The notes under the pieces: generated by a model
Seen by the model: the letters and a program-made list of their open reading frames with translations, nothing else
Databases searched by the model: none
Told to the model about the DNA's origin: nothing
Part shown: positions 1 to 9,800 of the stretch, piece by piece
Layout of the letters: every line of letters starts with the position of its first letter
How positions within the stretch are numbered: the first letter of the stretch is position 1
Program-made: the position numbers and the translations under genes
NCBI GenBank assembly: GCA_977017645.1
Contig: OZ360222.1
Span: forward strand, 187,488,001 to 187,552,000
Origin: Torpedo marmorata
Taxonomy: Eukaryota
Length of the DNA: 64,000 nucleotides
Direction of reading: 5' to 3'

Positions 1-298
1 AAGCAGTCATTGCATGCAAGGGATATGCAACAAAGTACTAAACATGACTTCTTTAATATACATACCATTGCTATGTCCTAAATATTATGGTGCCCTGAAA
101 TGAGGGGACTATGTATAAAAAGTGCTGTAATTTCTACATGGTCAAACCGAAATGTATACAAATAACCTTGAATAAAATCTGGAATGTGCACTTCAATCAC
201 ATGTGAATTGTTTAATTACAAATTTAAAACTGTGAAGCACAGGGGAAAATAAAGAAAAAAAAAGTGTCTTTGTCCCAAACATGATGGAGGGCACGGTA
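1..298. mobile_element. Tc1/mariner-like DNA transposon end (degenerate)
   Basis: Ends ...gtcccaaacatgatggagggcacgg-TA, resembling a Tc1 TIR (…ggagggcactg-TA). A similar internal motif sits at ~75-115. Confidence 0.55.
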
Positions 299-369
299 GA
301 AGTAGCAGAATCTCCCTGCTCTTCAATCCCTCCAGCAATGAAGGCCAACATCCCATTTGCCCATTATTT

Positions 370-873
370 CATTCTGCAGCTCTGTAAAACTCTGGTTAGA
401 CCACACTTGGAATATTGTTCTGGTCATCTCATTACAGAAAGAATGTGGAAGCTATGGAGGGGGTGCAGAGGATATTTACCAGGATAATGCCTGGATTGGA
501 GAGCGTGTCTTATGATGCAAGGTTAACAGAGCTAGGGATTTTTTCTTTGGAGCAAAGAAGGATGCGAGGTGACTTAATAGAGGTCTACAAGATTATGGGT
601 GGCATAGATAGGGTGGACAATCAGCACCTTTTCCCGGGCCAAGAGGAGCAAACACCAGAGGACATCTATACCAGGTGGGGGGGGGGGGGGGTGGTGGAGT
701 TTAGGGGAGACGTCAGGGATGGTTTTTTTTAAAACACAGAGAGTAGTGGCGCTTGGAATGAATTGCTAGGAGTGGTGGTGGAGGCTGGTACAAGGAGCTT
801 TTAAAAGACTCTTAGACAACCACATGGATACAAGAAAAATAAGTTTAGTTTGTTGAGTAGGTTTCTATCGGTC
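370..873 (+). mobile_element. CR1 LINE 3' fragment
   Basis: [11 protein letters not shown]...RIFTRIMPGL...RRMRGDLIEVYKIM, the CR1 ORF2 C-terminus, with frameshifts. Confidence 0.9.
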
Positions 874-1554
874 GGCACAACATGGTGGGCCAAAGGGCCT
901 GTACTGTAATGTTCTATGTTGGCACAACATGGTGGGCCAAAGGGCCGGTACTGTAATGTTCTATGTTGGCACAACATCGTGGGCCAAAGGGCCGGTACTG
1001 TAATGTTCTATGTTGGCACAACATTGTGGGCCAAAGGGCCGGTACTGTAATGTTCTATGTTGGCACAACATGGTGGGCCAAAGGGCCTGTACTGTGCTGT
1101 AATGTTCTATATTGGCACAACATGGTGGGCCAAAGGGCCGGTACTGTGCTGTAATGTTCTATGTTGACACAACATGGTGGGCCAAAGAGCCTGTACTGTG
1201 CTGTAATGTTCTATGTTGACACAACATGGTGGGCCAAAGAGCCTGTACTGTGCTGTAATGTTCTATGTTGACACAACATGGTGGGCCAAAGGGCCTGTAC
1301 TGTAATGTTCTATGTTGACACAACATGGTGGGCCAAAGGGCCGGTACTGTAATGTTCTATGTTGACACAACATCGTGGGCCAAAGGGCCGGTACTGTAAT
1401 GTTCTATGTTGACACAACATGGTGGGCCAAAGGGCCGGTACTGTAATGTTCAATGTTGACACAACATCGTGGGCCAAAGGGCCGGTACTGTAATGTTCTA
1501 TGTTGACACAACATCGTGGGCCAAAGGGCCGGTACTGTAATGTTCTATGTTCTA
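874..1554 (+). repeat. Minisatellite, 14 copies of a 47/52-bp unit derived from the CR1 3' terminus
   Basis: Unit ggcacaacatggtgggccaaagggccggtactg(tgctg)taatgttctatgtt. Copies start at 874, 921, 968, 1015, 1062, 1114, 1166, 1218, 1270, 1317, 1364, 1411, 1458, 1505. Confidence 0.95.
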
Positions 1555-1760
1555 AATAAAAGTCCAATCTGCAATTTTTTCCCCCCAAAGTGGATGATCT
1601 CACATTTACCACCGCTGTACTCGATCTGCCAGACCCTTGCCCACCACTTAACCCATCTATATCTCTCTGTCCTCTATACAATTTGCTTTTCCAATCAATT
1701 TGGTGTTACGAGTAAACTTAGATAAACTTAGTTCCCGCCTCCAAATCATTGATATATATA

Positions 1761-2649
1761 CCGTATATTTCGGCGTATAAGTCGACCGGCGTATAAGTCG
1801 ACCCCCCTTTTTCAGCCTCATTTTAATGGTTTTATGGTATATCCGGCGTATAAGTCGACCCCAAAAATCGGGATGCCTGAGATGTTGCGCATTGACCGGC
1901 GTTTAAGTCGACCCCCAATTTTCAGGCTGTCTGGGCCTCCCAGCAACAACCCAAAATTTGTTACAACATCCCAATCGCCAAGTAACAAAGCTGTAAATTA
2001 AGCAAGTACCGGTAAGTAAAAAAAACAGTAAAAAAAACCTTTGCTTCTGGCCAGGAAGATGCAGGTGCGGCGACGTCTTTCTCCTGAGCAGGTGCGGGGA
2101 GCTCGTTCTCCCAGGCAGGAGCGGGGAGCTCGTTCTCCCGAGCAGTAGCGGGGAGCTCGTTCTCCAAGGCAATAGCGGGGAGCTCGTTCTCCCGAGCAGG
2201 AGCGGGGAGCTCGTTCTCCCAGGCAGGAGCGGGGAGCTCGTTCTCCCGGGCAGGAGCGGGGAGCTCGTTCTCCAAGGCAGTAGCGGGGAGCTCGTTCTCC
2301 CGAGCAGGAGCGGGGAGCTCGTTCTCCCAGGCAGGAGCGGGGAGCTCGTTCTCCCGGGTAGGAGCGGGGACCTCGGGCTCTACAATTGTAGAATGTCTGG
2401 GTGGTTTATGGCGGCGCCCGGCGGTGGGGAGGTGTCGGGGAGCGGCGGCGCCGGCAGTGGGGAGGCGCTTCCAGGGTCGACCTATACGCCGAATCGTGTT
2501 TTCAGGGGTCGACTTATACGCCGAATCGGCGTGAACTCGATTTTGAGCTGATTTTAAGGTCTCAAAAGTATATCCGGCGTATAAGTCGACCCCCGTTTTT
2601 TGAGACATTTTTGAGGGTTTCAAGGGTCGACTTATACGCCGAAATATAC

Positions 2650-2651
<2 letters not shown>
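1761..2651. mobile_element. Non-autonomous Tc1/mariner-superfamily (Tc2/pogo-like) element with perfect 27-bp TIRs
   Basis: ccgtatatttcggcgtataagtcgacc (1761-1787) and its exact reverse complement (2625-2651). TA-rich flanks. Inserted into a minus-strand CR1 fragment (1560-1760, resuming ~2686). Confidence 0.92.
2095..2370. repeat. 27-bp GC-rich minisatellite (10 copies) inside the MITE
   Basis: Unit cggggagctcgttctcccgagcaggag; gives the ENELPAPAR repeat in the minus-strand ORF. Confidence 0.93.

Positions 2652-2683
<32 letters not shown>
2652..2683. repeat. (TA)n microsatellite at the MITE target site
   Basis: Direct reading. Confidence 0.9.
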
Positions 2684-2688
<5 letters not shown>

Positions 2689-2779
2689 TGTGAACAGTTG
2701 TAAACGTTGCCTAAAATTGGAGAATTGAATATTGAGTCGAGAAGGCTGCAAAGTACCGAGGGAATATTGGGTAAACAAG

Positions 2780-3520
2780 AAAATCTGCAAATGCTGGAGT
2801 CCAGTGCAGGACACAAAAGTGCTGGAGAAACTCAACAAGTCAGGCAGCATCCATGGGAAGTAAAAGGTAACCAACGGTTCGGGCCTGGGCCCTTCGTTAG
2901 GAATGTCTAAAATCAGGCAAACGCCTGAATAAAGAAGTAAATCACGAAAATCTGTAGACACCGTGGTTGAAGTAAAAAACACAAATGCTGGAGAAACTCA
3001 GCAGGTCAAACAGTGTCTTTTATGTAGCAAACGTAGAAATACATAACCAACGTTTCGGGTTAAAGAGGTTAGGGGATTGAGGGGGAAGGGAGGAGCACAG
3101 GCTAACAGGTAAGAGGTAATACGTGGATACAGGTGGGAAGGTAGAAGAGAGAACCTGAAAGGTGACGGGGAGAGGGGTAATGGCTGTTTGATTGGAGGAA
3201 GTGAAGGAGGTGTGGAGCTGGAGGAAGGGAGACACAAGGATGAAGTAAAGAGAGATACCAGGGGAGGGGATTAAAAGAAATTGGAAAGATAAAGTGCTAG
3301 TTCTCAATTGGGGCTCATTGTAACAGTGCAGGAGGCCACACACATGTAGGTCCGAGTGGAGAGGGGGGGGGGGGCGGGAGTGGAAGATTTAAAGCAGCAG
3401 GCAACTAGTATTCTGCAAAGTGATCAACCAGTCTGCGTTTGGTTTCTCCAATGCAGAGGGGACTACTTTTCAAACACTGTATGCTGTACACTAGATTGGG
3501 AAAAATGCTTGTGATACATT
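2780..3520 (-). mobile_element. Nested Penelope-like element fragments
   Basis: Recurrent tgctggagaaactcagcaggtc...gtttcgggc…ccttc terminus followed by a purine-rich tract, the same family as the copies with GIY-YIG-like C-termini at 16.5 kb and 39.9 kb. Confidence 0.7.
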
Positions 3521-6282
3521 TTGGGACTACAAATAGGAGTTGGGCATATATGGTAAATGGCAGGGTGCTGAGTTATGTCAGCACTTAGGGTTCAAATCTA
3601 TATTCCCCCAATGTAGCAACACAAGTAAATAGGGCAGTGATGAGAGCATATGACATGCTTACCTTCATTGGCCAGGCCATAGAACATAAATGAGAGTTGT
3701 CTAATTGCCACGGCAATTAGCTTTAGCATTCCAATCCTCCCTTTCCTCAGCATTATCTAATTTGGTTATGGATGGTAATTTTCTTTGGAGGTATGGTCTC
3801 TGTGGATGTATTTTGTCTTGCAAGCAGTGAGGCAAAGGTAAAACTAAAAATAACATCCTTCATTGAAGGCATTAACTCTCAGCTAAACTGCAGTGCCTGA
3901 CTGCAACAATGTATCAACAGTCCAATTATGTAATGCAAACCAATGCATAAAAAAGTGTGCAAATACACAAATATTATACAAAACTTTTGGTCCCCTTGGT
4001 TTCCTGCAATGGTTTTGATCACTCACATGTTGTTTCAAGGAGTGAAAAATGGCCTTTTGGGACAAAACATAAGGGTGGGGGGGCGGGGGGGAGGAGAGAA
4101 ATGCAGCAAACTCGTCTTAGTGATCATGGCCTGTGTCAACTTTGATGGACCAGCTCGTCCCCAGGTAACAAACTAAAATGCACACAGCATTTCCTGTCAT
4201 TTTCCCCTTGGGCACAAATGGAAACGAGACTAATTCGACCAAGGACCCCAATGGTTTTGTTAACTCTCACCACTCATCGCAGAGGACTGAGCACCAAGAC
4301 CAGACTGTGACATCAGGAGAGGAACTGGGCTTGAGGAAAGATCTTTGCTCCAATCACATCATCGATTTGCTAAATTGAAGAACCAAATAGAATCGTCAAC
4401 ATTGAAAAAAAGGGAAAAATGCTGTCAAAGACAATAAAAAAAGTAATGCTCGCCCCTGAGGGAAAGCATCAGAAAAGGTCAACATTGCCCTTTTTAAAGA
4501 ATGTTCATTCAAAGCAGATGTCAGTTGTTGTATCTGGAGAATGATGTAACGGCTTTTGATTGACACTCAGGAGCTCTACCCAAACAAGATCTTGCACAAA
4601 CCAGTTCGTCTGAAGAGGGAGACTGGGTTTGAATAACCTTCCTTTCACAAAGGTAATTTTTCTAAATGTATCTTCCTGTAATTAGACTGGTTGGATAAAC
4701 TGATTGTATTTGTTACAAGGATAATTCTATCTCACCCCACTATTATTACCATGTGAAACCAATTGTAAATTTATCACAGGTCAATAACACTTGTTCAATT
4801 TGTATTATGAAGCATAATGAAGGAACAGAGCAGTGAGCAACAAAAGTCGATTGTTCCTCGAGCTTTGAAGTGATTATCTCTAACACGGAATTAATGTAAC
4901 TATGATTTGAAGAGATCATGTTTAGGAAATCTCGTGAAGGTGCATTGTTATTTCCACTGGGTTACTGTGACAACCAGAGTGTCTGAAGTCAGCTCAGTTA
5001 TGTAAAAGGAGGTTTTTTTAAAAAAGAAACATGTTTGTTTCTTGTGAAAAGCAGCATGATAGAAAGCCAAGGAGCAGAGGGTATAAACAGGTCCACAAAC
5101 AGAAACAGATACTCTGCTGGAGAATGTAAGCTTTGTTGCCAAAGCTGGTCAAACCAGCATCCAAAGAGCTTACCCCTACTGCAGTAACAAAGTAAGAAAC
5201 AACACTACTGTGTCCTGTAAACTATTGCCTTTTATATTCAGATTCCAATAGGTGTAGGACCTTCAGTGTTGCACACTCTGAACAACAGTGCTTTCTGCAT
5301 GGCCACCTCTCTGAATTGGCAGCATGTTAATTATCCACACTGGTCACAATCAAGATTCTGTTTATTGTTACGTCCACAAAAAAATGCACAAAAAATGTTT
5401 TTTCTTTGTTTGCCCAATAAAGGAACAGAACGAGGCACTCCCAGTGCAGCACCACTATCAAGACAAGAAAGAGAAGCAAAACAGAGTCCCATCAGAGAGT
5501 GAGTGTCCGTGGATTCAATTTCTGGCATCAGTAGGTGAGTTGATCGCGGTAGGATTGGAGATGATAAAATGGAGCTAAGATGTGCTGGAGAAAGGGCAGT
5601 AAATTCATTTGCGTCCACACTCTGAATATCTTAGAGTAATTATGATAGCTAATGCTCTCCTTTAGATTATGTGCCAACTGTAGGCTTACAGAGAAGGTGG
5701 TAATGTGCAAATTAAATGGAATGCTGCCTTATTATAAAGGGAAAGAGAGACATGGGAAGGGAGATCTTGTTTCAGCTTGACAGAATTTTGACGAGACCTA
5801 ACCAGGACGACAGCATATACTTTTGGTCTCCTTATTAAAGGGGGGATAGTTTGCCTTGGAAAAAAACAGTTTATTGCTGGATTGAAAGAGGATTGTGTAC
5901 ATAGATCAATACTCTCATGAGGATAGAAGAATGAGAAATAGTTTGACAGAAGAGGCAAGATGTTCAGTGTGGTGGGGGGAGGGAGGGGGAAGCAGACGGG
6001 AGGGCATTTGACGGGTAGATGCCGAGTGGATGTTTCCCTGACTGACGTTTCCCTGACTGGGAAAATCTGGGAGGCAGAGCATCAAGACAAAAGGGTCAGT
6101 CGTTCAGGATGGAGATGAGGAGGGATTTCTTCTGACAAGGTTGGGAATGTTTGGAAATCTCTGCCTCTGAGAAATGAAGGCTGAGAATATTGAGAACATT
6201 TAAAATATCCAAGGTTAAGATAGAAAGACCTTTGGATTAATGGCGAGTTAAAAATTTTGGGGATCAAGCACAAAAATTGAGT

Positions 6283-6500
6283 TTGGCCCTCGAGCCCGTG
6301 CTGCCCAATTACACCCAATTGACCTACAACCCCGGTACGTTTTGAGGGTGGGAGGAAACCGGAGCACCCGGAGACCTGGAGGAAACTCACGCAGACACGG
6401 GGAGAACATACAAACTCCTTACAGACAGTGCCAGATGAGAATCTGGGTTGCTGGTGCTGTAATAGCGATGCGCTAACTGCTATGCTAACCGTGCTGCCCC
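6283..6500 (-). mobile_element. tRNA-derived V-type SINE (HE1-like)
   Basis: Reverse complement reads gggcagcacggttagcatagcagttagcg... (A/B-box-like head) and core tgcgtgagtttcctcc...ggtgctccggtttcctccca. Confidence 0.8.
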
Positions 6501-6573
6501 TATTTCTTACCTGCTTTTATAAATTGGCTGATGCTCATACTTCTCCACATGTGTATCTGTTTCCTTCTCCTAG

Positions 6574-6856
6574 ATGGAGGAGTATCTTCCAACCATCGGT
6601 ATCTTGTTGGCCAGTCTACTTCTGCTTTTCTTCCTGCTCCCCATCCTGTTTAAAAACAACAGTACAGCAGCAATTTTCTGGTACACTGTTGTCGAAGAGA
6701 AGATGGCAAAGTTCGTAACAGAGAAGAGCAGAGAGGACCGAATTTTAGAATACGTGCTGCAGAATGCTGTGCAAGGTGATGCAAAGAGCGTAGTGGACAA
6801 TATTGACAAATACTGCAGAGAGAAGGAATGGGCAATGAATGTTGGCGATGAGAAAG
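6574..6856 (+). CDS. COMT: COMT coding exon 1 (signal-anchor TM plus N-terminal catalytic region)
   Basis: Acceptor ttccttctcctag is immediately followed by ATG. Translates [26 protein letters not shown]...[10 protein letters not shown]. Donor G|gtaggc at 6857, phase 1. Confidence 0.96.
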
Positions 6857-9800
6857 GTAGGCAGTTTTACATTTTAAAATTTCTCATGATCATATTGGAG
6901 TGGCATTCTTGCAATACAGTACACATTAATTTGGTATGGTCCATATTATCCAGATATTGGGCACAACCAAAAGCTTAAAATTATTTACGGAGTCGATATC
7001 AAATTCCATAATTTCAGACAACTCATTTTTCCTGTTTGTGTCTGAATGGGCGAGTTCTACTTTAAGATTATCCACTTGTGATACGTTTTCTATTTCCAAC
7101 ATTCTCCCTTTGGTTTTACGTTTCAGCCACTCCCCTGACTTGTATTTCAGGGCTTACACATGTCCCTTTGTTTGTTTCTCTTTTCCCTCTCTTTCTCTCA
7201 GTTATCTATGAAAATTGTGGCTCATAAACATTCAGATCATCTGGGTAAATCCAGCCTCAGCCTATCAGATATATTAACAATAATGAGTTTATTGCCAAAT
7301 ACATTGTACAAAATACCACATGCACTGAAATTCTCACTTGCTGCAGTTGAACAGGTATTTCATTATAAAAAAAACAATGGCATACATAATTGAATTTAAA
7401 AAAAATACAATAAATATAAAAGGTAGATAATAAATATTCACAGTTAGTGCAAAGAAGTGACTGTAATAGCATAAACAGTCCTTGTTGTGGTGTTGGAGCA
7501 GTCCATAATTAGTGTGTAGGTTCAAGAGCCTGATAGCTGTTGGAAAGAGATTGTTCTTCAACCAAGAGGTGCTGGTGTTTGTCCCTTTCTCCCCCCCCCC
7601 TTTCAGCAACTTATAACTAACTTGTTTTTACAACTTCACAGATTTGATGAAGGATCTTCATCTTTTTTTCTCCACAGACACTGCCTGTTCTGCTGAGTTT
7701 TTCCAACTTTTTCCCTTTTTATATTAAGTATGAAGAAAATCCTCAGTTGTACACTGTATTAAATTAAAACATGAAAGTGCTGGAAAACTCAGCAGATCAA
7801 GCATCATCTGAGGAAAGAGAAACAATGTTTCAGGTCTCATACCCTTCTTCAGATCAGTTACAAGTGTCTCAAACCTGAAACTTTAACTCTTTTTCTCTCT
7901 CCACAGATGCTGCCACAGAGTGTTTCTAACATCTTTTGTTTTTATTTCAGATTTCCAGCATCTGCAGTTTTATTGAATTTTATTCAGCTGCTGATTGCAT
8001 TTAACATGGAAATGTGTACATAGATGTTTCAAAGTGGCAGAAAGTAAAAAAAATATTCACAATAAATTTATTACAATATAATATTTTAAAGACATTAAGT
8101 TATTGATATTTCAATATTGACTGTGCTCTCTGCATTCCATAAATCTTCCAACATGAAAGAGTAGCCAGCAAAATCCCAGAGTCCCATCAGAGAGTTCAGG
8201 ACACCTACACTTCTGCAAAAGTCCCGGACCTCTTGATAGAAAAGAGAAGGGGACTGAGGGCAGGAGGACAGAATACAGAAAATTACACATCAAACCTCCA
8301 TGTGGTGGGACATCTACTTCCCACATCATGTATGTCATGTGTCAGCTATTTCTCATTTGCCTCCAAATCCCAAGATACACATTCAAGTCCTAACTTCAGA
8401 GGAATGAACAACAAAATCTGGGATGACAGTGGTGAGGGACTATTGACAGTGGTGTGGGACCATTGACAGTGGTGAAGGACCATTGACAGTGGTGAAGGAC
8501 CATTGACAGTGGTGAAGGACCATTGACAGTGGTGAAGGACCATTGACAGTGGTGTGGGACGATTGACAGTGGTGAAGGACCATTGACAGTGGTGAAGGAC
8601 CATTGACAGTGGTGTGGGACCATTGACAGTGGTGAAGGACCATTGACAGTGGTGTGGGACCATTGACAGTGGTGAGGGACCATTGACAGTGGTGAAGGAC
8701 CATTGACAGTGGTGAAGGACCATTGACAGTGGTGTGGGACCATTGACAGTGGTGAAGGACCATTGACAGTGGTGAGGGACCATTGACAGTGGTGAGGGAC
8801 CATTGACAGTGGTGAAGGACCATTGACAGTGGTGAAGGACCATTGACAGTGGTGAAGGACCATTGACAGTGGTGAAGGACCATTGACAGTGGTGAGGGAC
8901 CATTGACAGTGGTGAAGGACCATTGACAGTGGTGAAGGACCATTGACAGTGGTGAGGGACCATTGACAGTGGTGAGGGACCATTGACAGTGGTGAGGGAC
9001 CATTGACAGTGGTGAAGGACCATTGACAGTGGTGAAGGACCATTGACAGTGGTGAAGGACCATTGACAGTGGTGAAGGACCATTGACAGTGGTGAGGGAC
9101 CATTGACAGTGGTGAGGGACCATTGACAGTGGTGTGGGACCTTTGACAGTGGTGAGGGACCATTGACAGTGGTGAAGGACCATTGACAGTGGTGAGGGAC
9201 CATTGACAGTGGTGAAGGACCATTGACAGTGGTGAAGGACCATTGACAGTGGTGAGGGACCATTGACAGTGGTGAAGGACCATTGACAGTGGTGAAGGAC
9301 CATTGACAGTGGTGTGGGACCTTTGACAGTGGTGAGGGACCATTGACAGTGGTGAAGGACCATTGACAGTGGTGAGGGACCATTGACAGTGGTGAAGGAC
9401 CATTGACAGTGGTGAAGGACCATTGACAGTGGTGAGGGACCATTGACAGTGGTGAGGGACCATTGACAGTGGTGTGGGACCATTGACAGTGGTGAGGGAC
9501 CATTGACAGTGGTGAAGGACCATTGACAGTGGTGAGGGACCATTGACAGTGGTGAAGGACCATTGACAGTGGTGAAGGACCATTGACAGTGGTGTGGGAC
9601 CATTGACAGTGGTGAAGGACCATTGACAGTGGTGAAGGACCATTGACAGTGGTGAGGGACCATTGACAGTGGTGAGGTACTATTGACAGTGGTGAGGGAC
9701 CATTGACAGTGGTGTTGGACCATTGACAGTGGTGAGGGTCCATTGACAGTGGTGAGGGGCCATTGAAGTGTTGAAAGTGCTGGCTTTTGAAAAAAATGTT

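Noticed and set aside
1961-2623. 220-aa ORF with ENELPAPAR repeats
   Set aside because: Lies wholly within the MITE and its 27-bp minisatellite; no transposase motifs.
1-6500. TXNRD2 first exon, expected head-to-head with COMT
   Set aside because: No recognisable TXNRD2 coding sequence or CpG-island promoter in this interval.
6857-6978. Extension of the COMT exon 1 ORF beyond EK-G
   Set aside because: Intron read-through past the donor at 6857; COMT similarity resumes at 14791.
8346-9743. Three overlapping 415-465 aa ORFs with HHCQW repeats
   Set aside because: The 20-bp unit has no stop on the minus strand, so all three frames are open. Minisatellite artefact.
8424-9765. CRISPR-like array (also considered for 874-1554)
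   Set aside because: Units are contiguous with no unique spacers, there are no cas genes, and the context is eukaryotic.
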